A DNA stretch of 64,000 nt from positions 119,470 to 183,469 of the forward strand of contig CAZWVI010000002.1 in the NCBI GenBank assembly GCA_964637165.1, read 5' to 3'. Positions 28,424 through 37,222 of this stretch are shown one piece after another. A program made the translations under genes and the position numbers. Under the pieces are notes generated by a model. It worked only from the letters and a program-made list of their open reading frames with translations, was not told the origin of the DNA and did no database searches. The stretch comes from an uncultured Planctomycetales bacterium (GTDB lineage Bacteria > Planctomycetota > UBA1135). Each line of letters opens with the position of its first letter. Position 1 is the first letter of the stretch.

Positions 28424-29152
28424 ATGGAAAAAACCGCTGACCACGAGCTGGCCCACTTTGCCCACGACCTGCGAAATCTGCTGACTACTGTAATTGGTCA
28501 TGCCGACTTGCAAGCGGAGAGCCAAGCTGCCGCCGTCGATCCAGCATTGCTGGGCAGTTTGCGTTCAATTAGTGCCTCGGCTAGCCGCGCCGCTGCCCTT
28601 TGTGAGGAAATGCTGGTTCAAGCACGAGATGGCGAGGCCACTCTTGAATTAATTGATTTGAGTGAAGTGGCGAAATCTGCTGGTCGGCTTTTCGAGGCAA
28701 ATATTGACCGGCGGATTAAGTTTGAGCTAATTTTTTGCAATGAGGCCATGGTGCTGGCTGATTTTCATCGCTGCGAGCGGGCGGTATTGAATTTATTGTG
28801 GAATGCGCGTGATGCGGTATTGGCCTCTTTGTCTGACGATGATGGCAATCGAACCGGCAAAATCAGGCTTGAATGCGCCTTTAATGGTGGTTTTGTCGAT
28901 TTGCAAGTGGCGGATTCTGGCGCCGGCCTTCCCGAGGGTCGCATCGGAGACTTGACCTCCGCATTTCGCAGTTCACAACAAGATGATCAAGTCCGCGGAC
29001 TTGGTTTGCACTCGGTGGCGTTTGCTATGGCTAGTTTTAGCGGGAAACTTTTAGGCGACAACAACTCCGAGCAGGGAGGTGCGCGACTCACTTTGCAGTT
29101 GCCGTTCCAAAAAAAACCTAACTCCCTTACAAATACCGCAAATAAAGTCTAA
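28424..29152 (+). CDS. Sensor-less histidine kinase (HisKA + HATPase only)
   Basis: H-box AHDLRNLL at residue 13, N-box LNLLWNARDA, DSGAG, GLGL; no TM or PAS domain. Confidence 0.85.
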   Translation: MEKTADHELAHFAHDLRNLLTTVIGHADLQAESQAAAVDPALLGSLRSISASASRAAALCEEMLVQARDGEATLELIDLSEVAKSAGRLFEANIDRRIKFELIFCNEAMVLADFHRCERAVLNLLWNARDAVLASLSDDDGNRTGKIRLECAFNGGFVDLQVADSGAGLPEGRIGDLTSAFRSSQQDDQVRGLGLHSVAFAMASFSGKLLGDNNSEQGGARLTLQLPFQKKPNSLTNTANKV

Positions 29153-29217
29153 AATAAGCGGTCATTTTGTCCGTACCCTTCGGTCAAATCTAACACCCAA
29201 ACACACCCCACAAAGGC

Positions 29218-31065
29218 ATGACTACCACTGCCGAACAAGATTCCGCTCCTGAGAGCTTAGAGGAAGTTGTAATCCGTTTCGCTGGAGATTCTGGCGATGG
29301 AATGCAGTTAACAGGAACTCAGTTCACTAACACCTCGGCTGCGCTGGGCAACGACCTCGCCACCTTCCCAGATTATCCAGCTGAAATCCGTGCTCCTATT
29401 GGAACGTTGTTCGGAGTTTCTGGGTTCCAGGTGCGCTTCTCAGCCAAGGATATTCACACTCCTGGCGATTCGCCAGACGTGCTAGTAGCCATGAACCCGG
29501 CGGCTCTCAGGGTGAACGTTGACGAACTAAAGCCTGGTGGCTTGTTAATTGTTAATACGGGAAACTTTGGCACCAAGGATTTGGAAAAGGCGAATTACGA
29601 GTCCAACCCATTAGAGGTTGGTGATTTAAGTGAGCGTTTCCAAGTAATTGAGCTCGACCTGAACGAGGCAACTTTGCACGCAACCGCTGAGAGTGGTTTG
29701 TCTAAAAAAGATGCTCTGCGTTCCAAGAACTTGCTCGCGTTGGGAATGCTTTACTGGGTTTACTCGCGACCACTTACTAATACTGAGAACTGGCTCGAAA
29801 CTAAGTTTGGCAAAAAGCCTGATGTGTTGGCGGCCAACTTGGCGGCCTTGCGCGCTGGTCACTCCATCGCCGAAAACTCGGAGTTGTTCCAGACTCAGTA
29901 CCAGGTCGCGCCGGCACCTTTGGAAGCTGGGCTTTACCGCAACATAATGGGTAATGCTGCGACTGCACTTGGTTTGGTTGCCGCATCGCGACTAAGCAAG
30001 TTGCCATTGTTTTTGGGTACTTACCCGATTACGCCGGCAACTGATATTCTGCACGCACTTTCGCGCTATAAGAATTTCGGGGTAGTGACTTTCCAGGCCG
30101 AAGACGAAATAGCTGGAATTTGTACCGCAATCGGCGCATCTTTTGCTGGTTCATTAGCGGTCACGACAACTTCGGGTCCTGGACTTGCGCTTAAGGGCGA
30201 GGCGCTTGGCTTAGCGGTAATTACCGAACTGCCATTGGTGGTGGTTGACGTTCAGCGCGGTGGTCCATCAACGGGCCTGCCTACGAAGACCGAGCAATCA
30301 GACTTGCTCCAAGCAATTTTTGGTCGTCATGGTGAATGTCCTGTGCCAGTAATTGCCGCGCAATCGCCAGCCGATTGCTTTATGGCAGCGATTGAAGCCA
30401 GCAAGATGGCGCTGAAGTACATGACTCCGGTGGTTTTGCTGACTGATGGCTACATTGCCAACGGTGCTGAACCGTTCCGGGTGCCACGCGAAGAGGAGCT
30501 TGAGCGCTTTCCGGTTACTCATCACACCGATGCCGAGAACTTCCAAGCTTACTCACGTGATCCTGAAACTTTGGCACGGCCGTGGGCAGTGCCTGGAACG
30601 CCAGGTCTGGAACACCGTGTCGGCGGTCTTGAAAAAGATGACGACGGCAACGTTTGTTACGACCCTGACAACCACCAACGGATGGTTGAGCTCCGTGAGA
30701 AAAAGGTAATGGGAATTGCTGATTCTTATGAGCCGCTTGAGGTTTACGGCAACAAACAAGGAAAATTGCTTGTGCTTGGTTGGGGGTCAACTTACGGGTC
30801 GATTCGTGGCGCAATTGAAAAAGCACTCCAAGAGGGCAAAGATGTGGCGCAACTCCACTTGCGCAATGTTTGGCCACTTCCACAGGACTTGGGCGAAATC
30901 ATGAGTAATTATGAAACCGTGCTCATCCCCGAAATGAACCGTGGACAATTGTCCCGTTTGATACGCGCTGAATACCTACGCGAAGTTGAAACTTTGTGGA
31001 AGGTAAAGGGGCGTCCGTTCACCACAACTGAAATTAGCGAGAAGATTGAGTCCATCTTGGGCTGA
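29218..31065 (+). CDS. korA: 2-oxoacid:ferredoxin oxidoreductase alpha subunit (gamma-alpha fusion)
   Basis: RFAGDSGDGMQLTG, YPAEIRAP, YPITPAT, QAEDEIAG, TSGPG.ALK, VQRGGPSTG.PTK.EQSD. Substrate specificity cannot be read from sequence. Confidence 0.93.
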   Translation: MTTTAEQDSAPESLEEVVIRFAGDSGDGMQLTGTQFTNTSAALGNDLATFPDYPAEIRAPIGTLFGVSGFQVRFSAKDIHTPGDSPDVLVAMNPAALRVNVDELKPGGLLIVNTGNFGTKDLEKANYESNPLEVGDLSERFQVIELDLNEATLHATAESGLSKKDALRSKNLLALGMLYWVYSRPLTNTENWLETKFGKKPDVLAANLAALRAGHSIAENSELFQTQYQVAPAPLEAGLYRNIMGNAATALGLVAASRLSKLPLFLGTYPITPATDILHALSRYKNFGVVTFQAEDEIAGICTAIGASFAGSLAVTTTSGPGLALKGEALGLAVITELPLVVVDVQRGGPSTGLPTKTEQSDLLQAIFGRHGECPVPVIAAQSPADCFMAAIEASKMALKYMTPVVLLTDGYIANGAEPFRVPREEELERFPVTHHTDAENFQAYSRDPETLARPWAVPGTPGLEHRVGGLEKDDDGNVCYDPDNHQRMVELREKKVMGIADSYEPLEVYGNKQGKLLVLGWGSTYGSIRGAIEKALQEGKDVAQLHLRNVWPLPQDLGEIMSNYETVLIPEMNRGQLSRLIRAEYLREVETLWKVKGRPFTTTEISEKIESILG

Positions 31066-31078
31066 GGAGAATAGAAAA

Positions 31079-32080
31079 ATGACTGTTGAAGCTCCCACCT
31101 ACAAAAAGAAGGATTTCGTTTCGAACCAAGAGGTCCGTTGGTGTCCCGGCTGTGGTGATTACGCCATGCTTTCAAGTATGCAAGGCGTGTTCGCCTCGCT
31201 TGGTGTTCCGAAGGAAAAGTTTGCAGTGGTTGCGGGGATTGGCTGTTCAAGTCGCCTGCCTTACTACATTGATTCTTACGGATTCCACGGGATTCACGGC
31301 CGCGCGCCGGCGATTGCCTCGGGCATTAAAGCGGCAAATCCGGATTTGGATGTGTGGATTGGAACCGGCGATGGTGATGCACTGTCGATTGGTGGTAATC
31401 ACATTATTCATGCTGCTCGCCGTAACTTAAACATGGTTGTGGTGATGTTTAATAACCGAATTTACGGTTTAACTAAGGGTCAGTACTCACCGACTACCGA
31501 GCCGGGAACCAAAACACCGTCCTCGCCATTTGGTAACTTGGACAACCCGTTCAATCCAATTAGCTTGATGTTGGGTGCCGGCGCGAGCTTTGTGGCGCGC
31601 ACGGTTGATGTTCAACCAAAACACATGAAAGAAGTTTTTGCGGCGGCGCATGCGCACCAAGGATTTTCTTTCGTTGAAGTTTTGCAAAACTGTGTCATTT
31701 TTAATGACAAGGTGTTTGAGCATGTTACTGCTAAAGACATACGCAGTGACCGCCAAGTTGATTTGATTCCAGGTCAACCGATGGTTTATGGAAAGGAAAA
31801 GGATAAGGGCTTGAAAATATTGCCTAGTAGCATAGAAGTATGCTCGGCTGAAGATGCTGATAGCTGGAATTCTTCCGGTGAAACTGGCGCAAACGCCTAT
31901 CGCCTCTGCCAAGGAAGCGAAACCGGCGAACTACCAGTACCGATTGGAGTCTTCCGTCAGGTCGATGCTCCGATTCTTGAAAACGACATTCATGCTCAAA
32001 TTGCTGATGCGCGCGAGAAAATGGGGGAAGGAACCCTCGATTCATTGTTGCGGATGGGTGAAACTTGGGAAGTTGAATAA
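31079..32080 (+). CDS. korB: 2-oxoacid:ferredoxin oxidoreductase beta (TPP-binding) subunit
   Basis: WCPGCGD, GIGCSSR, HGRA, GDGDALSIGGNH, NNRIYGLTKGQ.SPT; start placed at ATG 31079. Confidence 0.93.
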   Translation: MTVEAPTYKKKDFVSNQEVRWCPGCGDYAMLSSMQGVFASLGVPKEKFAVVAGIGCSSRLPYYIDSYGFHGIHGRAPAIASGIKAANPDLDVWIGTGDGDALSIGGNHIIHAARRNLNMVVVMFNNRIYGLTKGQYSPTTEPGTKTPSSPFGNLDNPFNPISLMLGAGASFVARTVDVQPKHMKEVFAAAHAHQGFSFVEVLQNCVIFNDKVFEHVTAKDIRSDRQVDLIPGQPMVYGKEKDKGLKILPSSIEVCSAEDADSWNSSGETGANAYRLCQGSETGELPVPIGVFRQVDAPILENDIHAQIADAREKMGEGTLDSLLRMGETWEVE

Positions 32081-32089
32081 GCACCAAAC

Positions 32090-32503
32090 TTGTACTTCGA
32101 TTACCTAAACGTTCTGGTATTCCTGCTTGCGGGAATGTCCTTCGTTGTCCTCAACATGGTTGTGGGCGCGTTTTTGCGACCTTCACGCAAAGACGACGAG
32201 GGCTTGGAACCGTATGAGTGTGGCGAAGAACCGATTGGTGATAACACTTTTCGTTTCGATATTCGTTATTACACTGTAGCTTTGGTTTACGTGGTGTTTG
32301 CGGTCGAAATTGCGTTTTTGTTTCCATGGGCGCGAGTGTTAAAGGAAGCATTTGCCGATCCTGAGATTGGCGGGGTGGCCTTGTTCGAGGGGTTAATTTT
32401 CGTGGCCATTTTGTTGTTGGGCCTTGCCTATGTATGGGTGAAGGGCGACCTCGATTGGGTGCGCAGTTTCCAAGGACAAAAAAAATTAGGTGAGGAAGAA
32501 TAG
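32090..32503 (+). CDS. nuoA: Complex I subunit A
   Basis: PYECGE loop, [14 protein letters not shown], three TMs. Confidence 0.93.
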   Translation: MYFDYLNVLVFLLAGMSFVVLNMVVGAFLRPSRKDDEGLEPYECGEEPIGDNTFRFDIRYYTVALVYVVFAVEIAFLFPWARVLKEAFADPEIGGVALFEGLIFVAILLLGLAYVWVKGDLDWVRSFQGQKKLGEEE

Positions 32504-32505
32504 TT

Positions 32506-33039
32506 ATGGGTTTGCTTAACGAAAAGTTTAGTGAGAACTTAATCACCACTCGGGTGGATTGGTTATTGAATTGGGCGCGTTTAAGTTCACTTTGGCCAAT
32601 GACTTTTGGTCTGGCGTGTTGCGCGATTGAAATGATGGCGGTCGGCGCCGCACGATTTGATATTGACCGCTTTGGCGCAGGCGCATTTCGTGCGACTCCG
32701 CGTCAAGCTGACTTAATGATTGTTGCTGGAACAGTAAACTTTAAAATGGGTGAACGGGTCAAGCGTTTGTATGACCAAATGGCCGAGCCTAAATACGTAA
32801 TAGCGATGGGTGCCTGCGCCACCGGCGGCGGACCTTACTACGAATACGGCTACACCGTAATGAAAGGTGTCGATCGAATTATTCCAGTTGATGTGTTTAT
32901 TGCTGGCTGCCCGCCACGTCCGGAAGCATTGCTTGAGGGGTTGATGATGCTTCAAGAAAAAATCCGCCGGCAGGATGTTTTGATTAAACCCGAGTTTCCG
33001 CCTTTGCCTGAAACTTCAACCGAAGAAGTAGTAGCTTAA
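32506..33039 (+). CDS. nuoB: Complex I subunit B (N2 cluster)
   Basis: [35 protein letters not shown]. Confidence 0.96.
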   Translation: MGLLNEKFSENLITTRVDWLLNWARLSSLWPMTFGLACCAIEMMAVGAARFDIDRFGAGAFRATPRQADLMIVAGTVNFKMGERVKRLYDQMAEPKYVIAMGACATGGGPYYEYGYTVMKGVDRIIPVDVFIAGCPPRPEALLEGLMMLQEKIRRQDVLIKPEFPPLPETSTEEVVA

Positions 33040-33043
33040 AATT

Positions 33044-33634
33044 ATGCCTGAAACCGGATGGGGCCCAATGGAGAATTTGTTCGCAGCCGCGAGCAAAGTT
33101 TGCGATTCATTAAATAGCTCCGGTTGGGAAGTTGAGTTGAATCAACCGAACTTGCCAGTGTTTGCGCCAGACGATGAGGCTAAGCGCCTTAAGAAAAAAG
33201 CGCGTGAAGAGAATCCGGAATTTGAATGGCGCGGTGACCCGTGGATTTTATTAAAGGACCACTTGGCGATTGCCGATGTTTGTCAGCACCTGCGCGATGA
33301 GCTTGGCTGGGAGCAAATAATTGATGTGACCGCCATGGATTTTGATGCTGAAGATTCAGACTTGTGCGGCGTTTACCAATTCTTGTCGCTGTCTTTGAAG
33401 GCGCGCCTAACTATTGAAGTACGCATTCCTAAAGATGCGTGCCAAATTCCAAGTGTCGCGAAAATTTATCCTGGCGCGGACTGGCACGAGCGTGAAGCTA
33501 TGGAAATGTTCGGCATCACTTATGAAGGGCACCCTGACCCGCGCAACATTTTGTTGCCAGATGCTTGGGAAGGCTTTCCTTTGCGCAAGGACTATCAGTT
33601 CCCTGATGAGTACAACGGAGTGTCATGCAAGTAG
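33044..33634 (+). CDS. nuoC: Complex I subunit C
   Basis: ADWHEREAMEMFGI.YEGHPDPRNILLP..WEGFPLRKDY. Confidence 0.93.
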   Translation: MPETGWGPMENLFAAASKVCDSLNSSGWEVELNQPNLPVFAPDDEAKRLKKKAREENPEFEWRGDPWILLKDHLAIADVCQHLRDELGWEQIIDVTAMDFDAEDSDLCGVYQFLSLSLKARLTIEVRIPKDACQIPSVAKIYPGADWHEREAMEMFGITYEGHPDPRNILLPDAWEGFPLRKDYQFPDEYNGVSCK

Positions 33635-34776
33635 CCGATAACGAACGTCTAGTTGAACTTGATGTCCGGACTCAGGATGTTGAAATCAATATGGGACCAC
33701 AACACCCGGCTACCCACGGGGTGTTGCGAGTTTTGCTGCGCGCCGATGGCGAAATCTTGACCGGTGCCCAATCCCACTTGGGATATCTGCACCGCTGCGC
33801 TGAAAAGATTGGCGAGAACGTTGATTGGATTCAGTACTTGCCGTACACCGATCGCTACGACTACCTATCAGCGATGAATAACAATCTTGGTTATTCTTTA
33901 GCGGTAGAAAAATTGTTGGGTCAAGATGCACCACCCCGCGCTCAATATCTGCGCGTGATACTCGCCGAATTAAACCGTATCGCCAGCCACTTGGTCGCGG
34001 TCGGAACTTACGGATTAGACATTGGTGCATTTACTCCCTTCTTTTACGCATTGCGTGAACGCGAAACGATTCTTGATCTTTTCGAAAAGATTTGCGGCGC
34101 GCGCTTGACTTATACATTTATCCGTCCAGGTGGATTAATGAACGATGCGCCCGAAGGTTGGTTAGAACAAGTTGCCGAGTTCTGTGAAATTCTCGATGAG
34201 AAGTGGCTTGATTACTGGAACTTGTTGGTTGAAAATAAAATCTTCATCGAACGTACTGCAAATGTTGGTGTGGTTAATGAGGAGCAAGCGATTGCTTGGG
34301 GCTGTACGGGTCCAATGCTGCGCGGCTCTGGAGTTGATTGGGATTTGCGTCGCGACCAACCCTACTTGGTTTACGACGAGCTTGATTTCGATGTGATTGT
34401 CGGCAAAGGCTATCGCGGTGAAGTCGGCGATTGTTTTGACCGCAACTACGTGCGTATGTTTGAAATGGTGCAATCGAATCGCATGATCAAACAATGTTTA
34501 GCCCAGATGCCTAAAGGTGAAGTGCAAAACGAAAATGTTGGCATGACATTGCAAGTACCACCGGGTCGTGCTTATGTTGGAATTGAAAATCCACGCGGCG
34601 AACTCGGTCACTGGCTGGTCAGTAACGGCGACAAGATTGCCAAGCGTTGCCGGGTGCGTGCTCCTTCATTCGTAAACTTAGCCTTAGTTGAGCATATGTT
34701 GCCAGGTTGCATGTTGGCAGATGCCGCTGCAATTATTGGCTCAGTTGATATCGTAATCGGAGAAACCGACCGATGA
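33625..34776 (+). CDS. nuoD: Complex I subunit D
   Basis: NMGPQHPATHGVLR, GYLHR..EK, DRYDY, TGPMLRGSG, ENPRGELG, D..IGETDR. Confidence 0.95.
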   Translation: MQVADNERLVELDVRTQDVEINMGPQHPATHGVLRVLLRADGEILTGAQSHLGYLHRCAEKIGENVDWIQYLPYTDRYDYLSAMNNNLGYSLAVEKLLGQDAPPRAQYLRVILAELNRIASHLVAVGTYGLDIGAFTPFFYALRERETILDLFEKICGARLTYTFIRPGGLMNDAPEGWLEQVAEFCEILDEKWLDYWNLLVENKIFIERTANVGVVNEEQAIAWGCTGPMLRGSGVDWDLRRDQPYLVYDELDFDVIVGKGYRGEVGDCFDRNYVRMFEMVQSNRMIKQCLAQMPKGEVQNENVGMTLQVPPGRAYVGIENPRGELGHWLVSNGDKIAKRCRVRAPSFVNLALVEHMLPGCMLADAAAIIGSVDIVIGETDR

Positions 34777-35807
34777 TTGAAAACCTCTTCTTCGCTGTTA
34801 TTGGTTTCGCGATTTGGATGGGTTTAGTCTCAGTGATCGCGATTGTGGCGGTGTGGCTTGAGCGAAAAATTGCCGGCCACATTCAAGTTCGCTTTGGACC
34901 AATGTATGTTGGCGGTTGGCACGGGTGGGCTCAATCCTTGGCCGATGGAATTAAATTAATTTTGAAGGAAGATGTCATCTTGAAAGATGCCGATCGCCCT
35001 TTATTTAAACTCGCACCATCAATTGTATTGGGCGCAGCGATGGCGGCTTTTGTGGCGGTGCCACTTGGCCCCGGAATTGTTGCGGCTGATATCGATTTAG
35101 GAATCTTCTTTATTCTTTCGGTAACTTCTCTGTGCACCATCGGCGTCCTTATGGCCGGTTGGGGTTCTTACAACAAGTGGAGTCTTTACGGCGCGATGCG
35201 CGAAGCGGCGCAGGTCGCTTCCTATGAAATTCCACTTGGCCTTTCATTGATGATGCCAGTTATGTACTACGGCACTTTTTCATTAAGTACTGCCGCCGAA
35301 GCCCAGTCAGGGTGGGGCGGAATGCATTGGTATTTGTTCAGTGATTCATTTTGGTTGGCGATTCCATCTTTTATTCTGTTTTATACTGCAGCCCTAGCTG
35401 AAACGAAACGCGCCCCATTCGATTTGCCCGAATCAGAATCGGAATTGGTCGCAGGTTTTCATACGGAATATTCTGGGATCCGTTTTTCCTTCTTCTTCAT
35501 GGAAGAATACGCCGCGATGTTCTTGATGTCGGCGGTCGGCACCGCCTTCTGGTTCGGCGGCTGGAACTTCCCAGGTCTTTACTTGCTGGAAGGAACACTT
35601 CTTTATTACCCAATCGCAATTGCAATTTTTGTAACTAAGGCAATGTTCTTAGTGATGACAATGATGTGGGTGCGGTGGACGGTTCCGCGGATTCGCATCG
35701 ACCAAGTAATGACTGTCGGTTACAAGTACTTGACACCACTCTGCCTCATCCTAATTCTGTTCGCCTCAGTTTGGGAATACTTAAAAGCAATGGTGTTCAC
35801 CGGATAA
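34773..35807 (+). CDS. nuoH: Complex I subunit H
   Basis: ERKIAGHIQVRFGP, QSLADGIKL, SYEIP, AETKRAPFDLPESESELVAGFHTEYSG, PRIRIDQ. Confidence 0.96.
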   Translation: MIENLFFAVIGFAIWMGLVSVIAIVAVWLERKIAGHIQVRFGPMYVGGWHGWAQSLADGIKLILKEDVILKDADRPLFKLAPSIVLGAAMAAFVAVPLGPGIVAADIDLGIFFILSVTSLCTIGVLMAGWGSYNKWSLYGAMREAAQVASYEIPLGLSLMMPVMYYGTFSLSTAAEAQSGWGGMHWYLFSDSFWLAIPSFILFYTAALAETKRAPFDLPESESELVAGFHTEYSGIRFSFFFMEEYAAMFLMSAVGTAFWFGGWNFPGLYLLEGTLLYYPIAIAIFVTKAMFLVMTMMWVRWTVPRIRIDQVMTVGYKYLTPLCLILILFASVWEYLKAMVFTG

Positions 35808-35811
35808 TCTC

Positions 35812-36408
35812 ATGAGCAATAACTTGTTAGAACCGGAAGGTCGCGCCAATCAGCGAAGTTGGTGGGGCAATATTGTGGATGCTTTTAATTCCACAGTAGC
35901 TGGAATGAAAATTACTTGGCGGCACCTTTGGTCGAAGCCAGTAACTGTTCAATACCCCGATGAGAAACCGCAAATTGATGGTCGTTATCGTGGCGTTCAT
36001 TACCTAGAGCAAGATCTGTGCATTTATTGCCAAGCTTGTGCTAAAGCATGCCCAGTCGATTGCATCGAAATGGTCGCTGACCGGCACGGCAAAGAGTTGG
36101 AGTGGCAACAATTCACTTTGGATTACCAAAAGTGCATGTTCTGCGAATTGTGTGTTTACCCGTGCCCAAAGGATTGCATCCACATGGGTGACGAGTATGT
36201 TTACGTTTCTGAAGACCGCACTGATTTGGTTAAGGAATTGTTGACTTACACAGGCTTGACCGAAGAACAAAAAGTTCGCATTGCTGAGGCTGAAGCCAAG
36301 AAGGCCGCCAAGAAGGCTGCGGCCGCGGCCAAGAAAGCCGCAGCGGCTGCCGAAGCCGCCAAGCAAGAATCAGCAGACTCAAAGCCGGAGGATAAAACAG
36401 ATGGGTGA
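35812..36408 (+). CDS. nuoI: Complex I subunit I (2x[4Fe-4S]) with an Ala/Lys-rich C-terminal tail
   Basis: TVQYPDE, CIYCQACAKACP, CMFCELCVYPCP. Confidence 0.93.
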   Translation: MSNNLLEPEGRANQRSWWGNIVDAFNSTVAGMKITWRHLWSKPVTVQYPDEKPQIDGRYRGVHYLEQDLCIYCQACAKACPVDCIEMVADRHGKELEWQQFTLDYQKCMFCELCVYPCPKDCIHMGDEYVYVSEDRTDLVKELLTYTGLTEEQKVRIAEAEAKKAAKKAAAAAKKAAAAAEAAKQESADSKPEDKTDG

Positions 36409-36910
36409 AATAACGGCATTCTGGTTTTTCGCAATTCTCACAATTGGATGCGCACTGCTTTCCTTGTTCCACCGCAACGTTGTGCATAGCGCGTTTGCCT
36501 TGATGGGAACATTGGTTGGAGTCGCTGGATTGTTTTTGTGTTTAGGAGCCGACTTCTTGGCAATGACCCAAATCTTGGTTTATGCCGGTGGTATTTTAGT
36601 TTTAATCCTGTTTGGATTAATGCTAACCAAGCCCGAGCCTAACGAACGTAAGCTTGGAAAGATCTGGGGAAATTTTGCGCTACTTGCAGTAATCGCAATG
36701 TTGTTCCGCGAAAAGTGGACAGGTACTTGGAATCAAATCGCCAGCGAAGACTTGGCGACACCCGTGGCCACCGCGCGCGAAATCGGCTTAGAGCTTTTGC
36801 GTCGCGATTCATGGTTGTTAGCCTTTGAATTTGCCTCGGTGATTTTGTTGGCCGCACTAATCGGTTCAGTTTACATTGCGCGCCGTCGCTTTAACCGAGG
36901 AGAAATGTAA
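36401..36910 (+). CDS. nuoJ: Complex I subunit J
   Basis: NVVHSAF, QILVYAGGILVLILF, FEFASVILLAALIG; start placed at ATG 36401. Confidence 0.92.
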   Translation: MGEITAFWFFAILTIGCALLSLFHRNVVHSAFALMGTLVGVAGLFLCLGADFLAMTQILVYAGGILVLILFGLMLTKPEPNERKLGKIWGNFALLAVIAMLFREKWTGTWNQIASEDLATPVATAREIGLELLRRDSWLLAFEFASVILLAALIGSVYIARRRFNRGEM

Positions 36911-37221
36911 TGGGACTTTCCGCTTACCTTTCCGTTGCCGCATTACTTTTTATCATCGGCTTGGTGATGGTTGCCTCGCGCAGGAATTTAATTTACGTTC
37001 TAATGGGACTTGAATTAATTCTTAACGCCGCCAACATTAACTTTATTGCATTCAATCGTTTTAACCCAGATGCGGCAACCAACTTGGACGGCAACTTGGC
37101 TGCTATGTTTGTAATAATCCTCGCCGCTGCCGAAGCAGCAATTGCTCTGGCGATTGTTTTAAACGTTTACTCTCTGTTCGACACTGTACGCCCCGATGAC
37201 ATCGACGGCATGAAAGACTGA
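36910..37221 (+). CDS. nuoK: Complex I subunit K
   Basis: RRNLIYVLMGLELILNAANINF, AAAEAAIALAI. Confidence 0.95.
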   Translation: MGLSAYLSVAALLFIIGLVMVASRRNLIYVLMGLELILNAANINFIAFNRFNPDAATNLDGNLAAMFVIILAAAEAAIALAIVLNVYSLFDTVRPDDIDGMKD

Positions 37222-37222
37222 T

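Noticed and set aside
33625-34776. Group 4 [NiFe]-hydrogenase large subunit
   Set aside because: Both CxxC Ni-binding motifs are absent and the quinone-site His/Tyr/Asp of NuoD are present.
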